Positions 48,963 through 60,370 of a stretch of DNA of 64,000 nt are shown one piece after another. The stretch is from Parasitella parasitica NRRL 2501. Lineage: Eukaryota > Fungi > Mucoromycota. The position numbers were made by a program, and so were the translations under genes. Where the stretch lies: the NCBI GenBank assembly GCA_025201805.1, contig MU619282.1:65751-129750 (forward strand). The letters are read 5' to 3'. The notes beneath the pieces are model-generated. The model did not search any database. It had not been told where the DNA came from and was given only the letters and a program-made list of their open reading frames with translations. Every line of letters starts with the position of its first letter. Positions within the stretch are counted from its first letter, which is position 1.

Positions 48963-49887
48963 TATGTATAATAGTGGTATCCCTCGCAAAAGTTTATTAA
49001 GAAAGAAGAAAAGAGAAAGGAACTACAGGTGGATATAAATAAAACAAGCTATTTTTATGCCTACTAATCTAGAAAGTCCGTTTGCCCCGGGTCTTTGTAT
49101 CTTACATATCCTTGGTGCCTGTCCTGTCAATAAATCCATCTCCGTATTTATTGTATGTACTAATCAGCAAGCATCATCATACCTCAAAATTATGATGGTT
49201 AAATGCCTAGTCCAAAATTGTACAAGTAGGTGTTAGGATTGTCACTAAATTCACAAACCCCCCCCCCCCTCCAATACACATAACAATATCAATGAAAACC
49301 GAAAGTTCCACTACAACCTTTCGTTTGATATATGATGACAGTGTCAAGGCACTAGCAAGAAAGCTCGAAGACGTAAATTAGAGTCGTATGATATTCATGT
49401 GTAAAAAAAACATAACAAGATTCCAAGGGATGATCTACGTTACAACTCCAACTAACTATGATAGTCGTTACCATCTCACAGTCCGCGCCATTGTTGTGCG
49501 AGAAGATTTGCATCAGGGCTCTCGACCTCGAATGAAATGACATTTTTTTAACCAAAAATCCTGCCTAGCAAAAAAAACCCCCCTCCAGCTAGAGATTGTC
49601 ATATTAAGTTTTGGATGCTGTAAATACTTGCATGTACGCATGTTTCATACCTAAAGCAACAAGGCAATCAAATTTCTCGACACGTTACCATGTACTAGGT
49701 AAAAAAAAAAGAAAACTGACAGACAATATCATCACAAAGAAGCAGAAGAGTGTAGTATTTTGAATTTTTTAAAGATAGAAATATTATAATGTTTATTTGA
49801 AAAAAGTCTATAGTAGATATCTAATAATATGAGAGAGTAAAGAGTTACATGTAATAACAGATAAAGTAAAAGTGTTCTAGGTTAAAA

Positions 49888-51426
49888 TTACAATTCATTA
49901 GGCTTGCTATTGGAATCCTTGACGTTGGGCTTATCAACCGAAGAATATCCCTCTGACAAATTTCCAGCACTTGTAGGAGAGGTAATATCAGAGTTATGCT
50001 TGGATTGAACATAACCGTTATTAGCATACATATTAGCATTATTGATTTCATGGCGACTACTATCGTAACCAGCAACAGGGTAATTGACACCATCATTGTA
50101 ATAGGCATATCCAGGTTGACCATAGCCATTGTTGTATCCATCTTGACTATACGCGCCGTCTTGACTATAATCCCCTTGGCTATAGCCAGCTTGGCTATAT
50201 GCTTCCTGGTAATCTGCATAAGGCTCAACATTAGACGCACCATACATGCCTGCAGCAGGTGCAGCAGGTGCAGCAGCAGCAGCATAGCGATGAGAGTTTT
50301 CGAAAGGTGACAACGGTTCATTAGAGACATGATTTGTGGCAGTTCCCATTACTCCACCTGCAGCAGCAGCAGCAGCAGCAGCAGTAGCAGCAGTATTAGG
50401 GTCATGACCAAAGTTGTTTTGATTCATGTCAATGGTGTAGTCGTCCTGACTCAAACCACTTCTGTTTTTTTTGGTACGGCTAGTGCAACCTCCACGACGG
50501 TTCATCCAAGCCAGGAAGCCACCAATCAAAGCAAGGCCGACAACACCTCCTACCACAGAGCCAGCAATGACACCAGTTTTGCTATTTCCAGAATTATCAT
50601 CACTGGCAGCAGGTGTTTCAGATGAAGAGGCAACTGGAGCGGAAGACGAGGAAGGGGTTGTAGAAGGATCAGTGCTGGCGGATGTGGTGCGGGATGTTTG
50701 AGCAGAACTATTACTTGAAGAGGAAGGTTGATTAGTTGAGGACGATGGGATGGCAGACGAGCTTTGAGAAGTAGATGAAGAGGTGGGTAGTACGGTAGAC
50801 GAGGTAACAACAGGATTAATGGTTGTGGGCGTCTCGGCAGTTGAAGTAGTAGGAGGTACTTGCTCAGTAGAAGTAGGTTGTACGGTAGTAGTAGTAGGTT
50901 GCTCAGTAGAGGTAGAAATAGGTTGCTCAGTAGAAGTAGGTTGCTCAGTAGTGGGATTGGCTGAAGTTACAGGTGGCTGAGTAGTAGTGATAGATGCTTC
51001 AGTTGTTGTAGTTGGTACAGGAGCTTCAGTTTTAGAAGTACGAGTGGCAGTAGTTTGATCTGCTGAAGTCTGTTGTTGTTGCGATGATGATAATGATGAT
51101 GATGATACAGTTGTTGATGTAGGAATGATTGTAGATGATGAGGATAAAGTTTTCGAAGTAGGTGTAATATCAAAAGTAGTTGTAATATCAGAAGTAGTTT
51201 TTATAGTAGATTGGTCAGTCGTTGAGGTTCTGTCGTTTGCTGGCGTCGTACTTACATCGTCAGAGACAGAAACCGAAGATGATGAACGTACTTGCTGAGC
51301 AGAAACGTCATTACCAGATCGTGAAGTCGAGCTTTCAGTAACATTGGACTGGGCATGTACTACATGGATACAAGAATGCACAAGTAGTACACAAATTGAT
51401 AGCTTAGTGACAGATGAAAATCTCAT
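49888..51426 (-). CDS. Mid2/Mtl1-like type I membrane protein, paralog B (tandem duplicate)
   Basis: Same architecture as 47526-48962 with an identical TM region; extra STEQP repeats, a poly-Ala expansion and additional YSQxG repeats. Confidence 0.85.
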   Translation of the reverse strand: MRFSSVTKLSICVLLVHSCIHVVHAQSNVTESSTSRSGNDVSAQQVRSSSSVSVSDDVSTTPANDRTSTTDQSTIKTTSDITTTFDITPTSKTLSSSSTIIPTSTTVSSSSLSSSQQQQTSADQTTATRTSKTEAPVPTTTTEASITTTQPPVTSANPTTEQPTSTEQPISTSTEQPTTTTVQPTSTEQVPPTTSTAETPTTINPVVTSSTVLPTSSSTSQSSSAIPSSSTNQPSSSSNSSAQTSRTTSASTDPSTTPSSSSAPVASSSETPAASDDNSGNSKTGVIAGSVVGGVVGLALIGGFLAWMNRRGGCTSRTKKNRSGLSQDDYTIDMNQNNFGHDPNTAATAAAAAAAAGGVMGTATNHVSNEPLSPFENSHRYAAAAAPAAPAAGMYGASNVEPYADYQEAYSQAGYSQGDYSQDGAYSQDGYNNGYGQPGYAYYNDGVNYPVAGYDSSRHEINNANMYANNGYVQSKHNSDITSPTSAGNLSEGYSSVDKPNVKDSNSKPNEL

Positions 51427-52011
51427 TATGTTATATCCTTCACAAAAAGTGTAGAAAAGAAAGAAGATGAGAAGAAAAGGATCATAGGTGGATATAAATA
51501 AAGACATTATATTTATATGTCTAAAACCTTATTCTGAGCTGTTTGGCAACATAAATAAGAAAGTCCGTCTGTCCTGGGCCTACTACTATGACACTCTTTG
51601 GTGCCTGTCCGTTTGTCAATGAGCTCATCCCTGTACTAATCAACTAGCATAACTCCTATAAATTAGCTACATCTTTTCATTCTTGCACAAAATGGCCCAT
51701 TTCGGTAGTTCGTAAATCTTTCAAATGACGCAAAGTTGGAGTGGCGATTACACCCATTTGAGCAGCTGATAGGTTAGTGGTAGAAAAGCTTTATAATAGG
51801 TACTAATTACTAAAAGGGCCTCGAACATGATGCACTTAATTGTCTGTTATTCATTTTTCTTTTGGATCATGTAAATGGAAACACAATGGTCTCTATGAGA
51901 TCAAAAGTTAAATGTGATCATTTGGTTGTCATGATGAGGCGCACGGACCTGTCACTCGATTGAAATATATTGATGTAGATGATGTAGGTGTATTATTGTG
52001 TGTACCTGATT

Positions 52012-52525
52012 GTTAGTTAGTTGCCTGATTTGATTAATTGTTGCCTTTCTGGTGTTATAATTTTTTTCTTAGGTAGAATGGTCCCTGGTATAAAGAAACA
52101 TCAACTTCAAGGATCTAGGATGATATCACCCTTTGAATGATACCTTGTTGTTAATAATGCCTAGTTTTAATGACATGATTATTCACGTAGTTGCATTCTG
52201 ATTGATTTGACCCTACTTTTCAAACAATCAAACAAGTCTTGAGACTAAAGACCATTATTCTCTTGATTATTCGTAGCGTAGCATGCAGGTTTTGATCTAG
52301 CTGCAAAAAAGTATTTCATTTTAATTCATCATATTACAGTAAAAGTAGACATATGATAGTTGCTGATTGTTTTCTCTTTATAAAATCGTTTAAACATTAA
52401 ATATTATAGAATGAGACAACGTAAATCAACTCTGAAATATCAAATTTGCTTACTTTTTTTTAAAAGAGACATTTGTCGCCATATCTCAGACTTCCAAGCG
52501 AGTTGTGTTACTAATTGCTTCTTCT

Positions 52526-52593
<68 letters not shown>

Positions 52594-52626
52594 AAAACAT
52601 AAATCCGATAAATTGATATACAGTAA
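52012..52626 (-). repeat. ~0.6-kb dispersed non-coding repeat, copy 2, with an expanded internal poly(T)
   Basis: Reverse complement of ~30674-31220 with scattered substitutions and indels. Confidence 0.9.
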
Positions 52627-52948
52627 GTAAGACAACTGTAGCTCAACAAGTTGAGCTGGTAGCGAAGGAGAGGTTCCTCTTATTAGTTAAAGTTTATAGA
52701 TACAACATATAAAAGGCAAGCTGCCCTTATATATTTACCTGATTCCATAGTATGCTATGTGATACATTGATTCAATCGTGAGCATTTCACGAGTGTGTAA
52801 ATCGTTAATATTGTACAACAATTGTATCTCCCATAATTACAATCCATTGAAATGAGTAAAGTTCCTCTCTTTTCCCTTCTTCTTATACAAGATCGTTTTT
52901 TTTTCATTACATTACTTGTCCCAAATCCTCCCTTCAGGTTTACACTAT

Positions 52949-54983
52949 ATGAGATTCCTTAGTAACGGACTTTCATTAGTTCATCTTGCAGCTATTTCGC
53001 TTTCTATCCTTCCAAAAATGATTGTCTCTCAGCAAGCCTCAGATCCAAGAAGTTATGCCTCACCAATCATTCAGTCAAAGTATATCTATATTATTGGTGG
53101 ATCCGCGGTAAAGAACAACTGCAACTATTTTAGCGAAACAGTGTGGAGCTCATCAAAATTATTAGACTTCTTTATCAGTTCCTATCCTTAATTTTACTGA
53201 TGGGATTGATATTAAGAATCCTCAATGGCTTGAAAGAACTAGATCATCAAGTGATATTTTAAAACCTTTCGAAAAAGGTGTCGCCTTTCAAGGCGCTGGT
53301 AAAGTATTTGTTCAAGGTGGAATTGGAACAAGCACTGAAATGCAAAATCTGATGGGATATATGCCTGCTACTGATGGCTGGTACTGTAAGTTTATTTTTA
53401 TCTCATTGGGAATACACAATTTAATTTTTCTCATCTCACCTAAAATCCAACGCACTAGCTCCTTACCAAGAACATGTTGATAGACCAAATCCTAGTTATA
53501 TGATGTCTGCCACTGTTAACCCTTTAACAAATATCTCTTATTATTATGGCGGCACTCCAATTGACTATGTCGGTTCATCTTTTGTAAGTTTCATGGTTCT
53601 ATGTTTGAAAATATGTACTAACATTGTTGAGATAGTCTGCAGTATTCACAAGCTTTGATACAAAAACTGGTATCTGGAAAAAATTAAGCCCTAAATATCC
53701 TAATGCTGTTCGGCCTGGGCGAGTTTCACATAGCTCAACCATAATGTAAGTTCTATTTTTTTTCGTGCATAAAAAACTATATTCGTTCCAACATGTTTTA
53801 ATATGTAGCAATAACCAGTTATTTATTATGGGTGGTGTAACTGATGATGCTAACGCAACAACTCAAGGTGTACAAGCAGATTTTGAGAGTGTTCTAGGTA
53901 TTATTTGCACAAAATTGAAAGCTGATATACAAGTATTGACTATAAATGCTTGTAGTGTACGACATTAACAATGACACAGCTGTTGCTGTTGCCACTCTTG
54001 GGGATATCCCGCCTCTTAAACAATCGTAGGTTACCATCCACATCCATTCTAAATGTGCAGTGATCCATTTATATTTGATTGTCAAACATAGATTCTCTAC
54101 AGCTTTAGGTCTCGATGGCCATTCTATCGTCCTTTTTGGTGGTTATACAACAACAAGTGAAAAAGTATTTGAAGCTGCAAACAGCGATATATACATCCTT
54201 GATACATGTACTTTAACTTGGAGAAAACAATCTGTCAGTGGTACCTCTCCTGGGCCTATATATGCCCACAATGCCATCAATATTAACAATTACATGGTTG
54301 TTTTGATGGGTAAAGTGGATGAAGAAAACTATAATGAAAAGGTTTATATTCTCGACATGAAGAATTGGAAATGGGTGAATAGTTTTGATGCATCAAGTAC
54401 ATCCAATACAATTGCTGAAAGCGTATGCTCCTTCGACTTGCCTAGCACCGATTCAACCAATTTTTATCAATTTAATTATGATTATGGTGTTCTTGATAAT
54501 CCTCTTCGTCCCAAGAAATCATCCAGCAAGGCAAAAGGCTTCGCAATCGGCTTTAGTCTGTTTGCTCTGATAGTACTTGCCGTAGGTGCCTTCTTTTTCA
54601 TTAGACGCCGTCGCAATAGCAAGGCTGCAAGGGCATTAAATCCTCGTTGGATGCAAACTGCACCTTCACAAAGCAAAAACAGTCGAGGCCATTATGGAGA
54701 CAACAGAGATTACCCATTATTCGTTTACAACAAGGAAATCGATAACGATAATCCCAATAACCCAAACAACAAAAGGCAAAATGCCTTTGCCCCCCATGGC
54801 GTACGTACTTATACTGCTTCTGATCATGAGCAGTGGGAAGAGCAGTTGAATCAAGAAACTGGAGATCCTCGAGATAATCAAACCACTGCTACCCGCCACA
54901 GTGATATTTGGGAGCGTATGCGTGGACTCAATGACGACGAACAATCTGGAACACTAAAACAAGCCAAACTTTTAGATGTTTAG
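52949..54983 (+). CDS. Secreted-side Kelch/galactose-oxidase-type beta-propeller single-pass membrane protein, multi-exon
   Basis: Signal peptide; Kelch blades YIIGG, FVQGG, YYYGG, FIMGG, VLFGG...YILDTCTLTW and VLMG...YILDMKNWKW; TM GFAIGFSLFALIVLAVGAFFFI followed by RRRR. Confidence 0.85.
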
Positions 54984-55391
54984 CTATAAGCATAAATTAT
55001 TTTTCACTTTTCGCATTAGTTTATGCTTGTGGCTCCGAGTATAATATGTATTCTAGCTTTACTGGTCTATCTTATTTATTTTATTTTTTTGTTGATCATA
55101 AACAAAGTTCTATCAGATATTGGTAATCAAACCAAAGTTTTTGTTGTACAAAACACTTGAAGATAGCACTACAACACCATCTCTCATATAACCACAACTC
55201 GAAGGAATCATCGAAACCGAATTCTTTGAGAATTTGTATTTTTAAAATAGTTATGCTTCGTTTTATCAAGAATATTTCACTTTCGAATCTTGCTAATATT
55301 TTACGGAGCAAATGCATAGTATGATATGAAATGGTATATATATATTTTAGTATCTTTATTCATGTAATCAAGGTAAAATGCATAATCCAGT

Positions 55392-57088
55392 CTACACCAT
55401 GGCATTTCTAGGAGCGGCAAGCCTGCTTGTATCCTTGAGTTCGAGTGCTTCATGGTCACTGCTGTTGCTAAAGTCATCATCATCATCATCTAAAAATGAC
55501 GAAGAAGCATCCAAAACAGTCTCACGATTACTTACTACTTCCGTATAACCTCTGTTAGTTTGTGGTGAGCTGGGATAGTTTGTCAAGGATTCCCACAAAT
55601 AGATCAACGAGAATGCAAAGACAAATACAATAAAACCAAACGACAAAAGAATATTGATATAAGACATCACATCAATATCCAAAATAGAGAGATATCCAAG
55701 TTGTTCTTCTGTACTTCCCATAAACAAAAATCCTGCCAAAATCAAAGTCTACTTGGTTTCATTGACACATTTGGGATGATTAGTATTGTACTGCCCGGGG
55801 TGTAGCCAATATGTATACTTACGAGAGGAGGGATGTATTGCCATGGATCAACTTTTGTAGGCTCATTTTCTTTCCAAACAAAGCAAATTTCAACGATCCT
55901 GCTCAAACCACCTGATGCTAGCATGTAGCCAAAGTAAGAGTGTATTGTGCCGCTGTTGGCTACATGCTGTGCATGGCCTTGAAAAGCAGCCGCGGTCAAA
56001 ATAATCAAGATGGAGGGGATCACTGATCTCTTTCCGTTTCTGCTCAATACAACGCCAACAATACCGGCAGCCCACCATATTATGCCCATAGAAGTATGCT
56101 GGTAATCGCCGTGATTCCAATCCTGACCCCATCTATAAATAAAAACTTAGATCTCACATAACCTGCTTTGATTTTATCCTACGGCTTGCCTGTGCTCAGT
56201 AAATGTGTTGACGATGCCCCAAGCGAGAATAACCCAGCTATCGTACCATTCCTGGCTCTTTCCGTTCCTAATCAACAGAGGTGCTCCAACACGAAGCATC
56301 AACAGCATTACAATTCCGTAAGCCACAAATGACGAGCCCATAATAAAGTGTGCCAAACACTGTCCCTGATGATCTATTGGTTTTTGAGACGTTGGTTTAC
56401 ATTCTTTCCATTTCATGCATATGCGCTCATACTGACCTCCATAACAGAACCCCAAGGAGGCAATAACACCTAACACAATTTGAGTATAACCAATAACTGG
56501 AATAGAGGCGCCGAGATATTTGTGTGTTTTAGTCAATAACGGCCTAATTTTGCCCAAAATACCCTTTTCCAAATGTAGCTTCAAGTAAACGCCTATCGCA
56601 AATTGTGAAATAACAGACCAAACCACGATATGGGCAAACCATCTATGGGCGATATGAGGTTCCTACACGATCATCAACAAAAAAAAAAATATTTATATGT
56701 ATATTTGCGAGATATATGGAAGGGGGCATATATTTACATAATTTCGTCCGTTGTGTGCATGGGCTAGAAAATAACCAACTACAAATACTGCGCTCGCTAA
56801 TATCTGTACTGGCACATGCCACCTATTTTTTGCGAGACCGAGCACTAATCCCAAGGGATAGAGTATGCCAAATGCTGATATTTTGTTTGATTAGCAAGGC
56901 TCTAGTTAATTGATTTGTCAAAAAAAAAAAAAAAAAAAAGTACCTAGTACCATAGAGCAGATATGAAGCGTCATGATAAGACCAATAGGTTCGTTTGTGG
57001 CGGCACTACTATTAAACAGTGCAGGGTCCAAATTATGACTATGGCCCATACCACTTTCATGCTGATGCTGATGCTCATGCTCATCCAT
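55392..57088 (-). CDS. YTP1: Ytp1-family (DUF2427 + Ytp1, cytochrome b561-like) membrane protein, multi-exon
   Basis: His-rich N-terminus, AFGILYPLGLVLG...RWHVPVQ, GVYLKLHLEKG, LGFC..DH.GQCLAHFIMGSSF, GIVNTFTEHR, DYQHTSMG, FMGSTEEQ. Confidence 0.88.
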
Positions 57089-57444
57089 TTTAAGCGTAAA
57101 GAAGAGATATGTACAATTTAGAAAAGGAAGAAAGAAAGAAAGGGTGCTATCTAGTCAACAGGTGCATTTTTATCAATGACGGCACCATGGATTATCCGCC
57201 AAATTAAATTCTTGGTGGTAGTAGTGTAACATGCTATTGTTTACTTTGGTGGAGTGCAAGGCTATAAAACGCACAGAAGCTTTATTCAAGTTGTATAATT
57301 CAACTATGGCTGCTACAATTTCTGCTAGCAGAGCATGTCAGCTCGCTTTTGTTGGTTTTCAAATCAAGCGACCGTCTGATGAGAGGCGGGAGTCTTGTGC
57401 AGTCCTGGAGCCGGAGAACGCACAAACAGCAAACTTGTTTGTTT

Positions 57445-58275
57445 TCACGACACAATTTCCGTCGATATAGTCTTGTGGGTAAACCGTATCTTTCTCAATG
57501 ACACTGCGTTGTCCATAATCTCGCATGCTTGCACTGCGCTTGCAATGGTTTCAACGTGTCGGATGTCAATCGTATCCAATAAACTGAGGTTTTGAACCAG
57601 GATATCAATTGATTTCGGTTTGATCTGATTGCACCACTGCAATACAACACATTCTAATTTCGGCAGACTATGAGCAATATTCTCCACAGTGCGGCCATCT
57701 ACCCACGTGCAATAGGATAGGTCTAAATGGCGGAGATCAGCCTTGATGAGGGCGGTGCTGTCAAACATGCTGTCCAAATGGTTTGCTGTGTCAATGGAAG
57801 CACAGGGTTTGATCATGGTATTGCTTAAATCCAGGAACTTGAGGTGCTGGCAGGTGGCCTTACCTATCCAGCGGAGTATGTCGTTCGAAATGGTGCAATT
57901 GGCAAGTATCAATGTGTGCAGGTGATATGTGTTTGCTCGTATCAACGGCAAAATCGCTGCGGGTGTTAGGTGGGTGCATTTTGACAGATTTACGCACTTG
58001 AGATTGGATAATTGGCGCCAAGAAATGAGCAGCTTATCTGTTACGTGTTGATGGATTCGTGAAAAATCCAGGTTTTGTACATGAGATTGAGTTTTTTCAG
58101 ATACTTTGCTAAATGAATATAATTGGTGAGCAGAGTTCAATGCAGGATATCGGTAGAGAACAGAGGAGGCAAGAAGATTCCAGTGCTGATCAACACATGC
58201 CGCCTCGCAAAGATCTGCCGTTGAGAGCAAATCAAGTATCGTCGTAGAGATTTCTACTGGCACTTTTTCCATCAT
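57445..58275 (-). CDS. F-box / leucine-rich-repeat (RNI-like) protein
   Basis: F-box VPVEISTTILDLL...DLCEAACVDQHW...LY, then LRRs LKCVNLSKC, LHTLILANC, LKFLDLSN and LRHLDLSYC. Confidence 0.88.
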   Translation of the reverse strand: MMEKVPVEISTTILDLLSTADLCEAACVDQHWNLLASSVLYRYPALNSAHQLYSFSKVSEKTQSHVQNLDFSRIHQHVTDKLLISWRQLSNLKCVNLSKCTHLTPAAILPLIRANTYHLHTLILANCTISNDILRWIGKATCQHLKFLDLSNTMIKPCASIDTANHLDSMFDSTALIKADLRHLDLSYCTWVDGRTVENIAHSLPKLECVVLQWCNQIKPKSIDILVQNLSLLDTIDIRHVETIASAVQACEIMDNAVSLRKIRFTHKTISTEIVS

Positions 58276-58412
58276 GGCAGCAAAAGAAGTAAATATGCCC
58301 AACAGCGATCATTTTGCATAAAGAAAAAAAAAAAAAATGAAACCAAAGTCAAGTCAAACACCAGTAATTTTTTATATACAACAGGGAAAAGCTTATTTCA
58401 TATGCAAGGCAT

Positions 58413-59944
58413 TTAATCTGATCGGCGGACAAAGCCAATAGAAAAGTTCTTGGTAAACAGCATGGCAGGATGGTCGATCTTTCTCATAAAAGGAGGCAAA
58501 ATGAGCGTGGATTGGTTCAAGGTATTTACAAGTTGTTGGCAGTGGCCATCGGGGTATATCAAATGGTCGGTTGACTTGTCGTTTGACCATAATGTAACGT
58601 ATTTTTTCACATGCTGTTCGTCTTGTACGCTTGTTGGACTACAGTCCAAATAGATTACCTTCATGACTCTTTCTCGCACTAGTGAATGGCTGCTGTTCTC
58701 AGCATACCCATTATTATGAACAACGTTTGTATCCCAATTAAACAACCATATCTATTGGCGTTATCGAGTTAGTGGCGCCTTCTAAAAGACAGCTACTTGT
58801 ACGTACCAGTGCATAAATTCGTTGACTTTGACGGCCTTGTATCAAAAAGCGATGAGTGGCATGGATTTTTGCAGCATTGACAAGATCAGATACCAGGAAA
58901 TCAGTAAATACAGGCTGTTCAAGGGGATTAGGTGTCAAATCAATGCAATATTTGAATAATTTAACTGCCAGCAGTTGCATTTCATCATCTTCCATGCAAT
59001 AATGTCCCTCCCCAACGGCATTTTGGCATTTTGAGCAATTAATAGCTATCCACTTTGTCAAAGTACCTCGATCCCACTACAAAAAAAAAAGTGATTATTA
59101 GTATTTGACGGTACTAGCTAAACACGAAATGCATGTATGGTATGGTAGTAGTTTGTCCAAAAGAATCGAAATCCTTTAAAGAGAATACATCTATCTCTCC
59201 ACAAACTGTTGAATGCCACGGTAAATGTTAATTTTGGATTTTTGTATCGTTCAGCGATAATATCTAACGTATCGCCGACCTTCTTGAAATCCTTTTTCGT
59301 TTAGGGAGTGGGTGGTGGTTTTTTCTACTTACGTTTGATCTTTTTGATACCACCGAATCTGGCTGCAGAGAGTCCTTTATGATGTTATCAGGGTGTATCA
59401 GAAAGTAAGTTGTGCCAACCAACAATACATGAGGTCGCGCAAGAATGGGCTTCATACGCGCTCGATGTTCTTCAGGTTTTGTTTCATGGCAGATCCAGCA
59501 CTCAACCAGCTCGTACCAATGTTCAGAAGGCAAATCCTTGATCTTGTATTCTATGGCAGAGTCAAGAAACCCTTGAGCACAGTGCCGGCATTGTATTTGC
59601 TTCTCAGGAGATTGCTTCAGCAGTTGCTTGGATGTCCACCATTCTTTCACATCATTTTGTTGAGAACGTAAAGGAACAGGGGGCTTTAACAAAGATAACT
59701 TGATTTCCCAAGGTTTCAACTCGTCTTTGTCAGCGGGTGGTAGACTATTTGGCTGAGCCACCACGAGGTTTTGAGTGGAAATAGCAATATCAATCGAGCT
59801 CAAGTCAGCAACGATTTCGTTTTTAAGAACAAGAGCACTATCTTTGACCTGCAGATACTCTGCTACATCGCATGTCGACTCGGCGGCTATCGTAGCACGA
59901 AGAACATTGATATTGCTTAGTTCTTCGGCAAAAAAAGGAATCAT
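58413..59944 (-). CDS. IPA1: HECT_2-domain protein (Ipa1/UBE3D-like), 3 exons
   Basis: FAEELSNI start, CRHC...KDLPSEHWYELVECWICH, CSKC..AVG, KLFKYCI, HATHRFLI, WLFNWDT and LNQSTLILPPFMRK...FSIGFV. Confidence 0.82.
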
Positions 59945-60370
59945 AGTAGCAAACGAAAAGCGCGTTTGACAGGAAAAGACTTGAAGCAGCTTTTATAACA
60001 ATGGTCACTAAAAATACGCCACTCTTACAGGTCTCAAAATTTTGCATAGCAAGTTGTTTGATGTTTATGTTTGAATTTATGGACTGTAAGCTCTGCAATA
60101 CATATAGAAATCAACGACGCATGTATGCATCAAGTGAAATAGACTTTTTTTTTTTGGCTAGTGACAAAGTGAAAAGTTTTCATCTTTATTTAAAATGGCA
60201 ACATCATAAAACATTAACCACCTACAGACCTCTGAATTACACCAAATGATTTCCCCAAGGTCAAACTAGTATGCTACAGTGGTTTGTAGCTTTTAAAGAC
60301 ATTGTATTTTCCCCTGGAAATATGAATTTTTTTTACGAGGGACTGTAGCAAACTGGCAATATTTGATGTA

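Noticed and set aside
52635-52680. tRNA-like start TAGCTCAA
   Set aside because: No T-arm (GTTCRA) or cloverleaf; just a palindrome.
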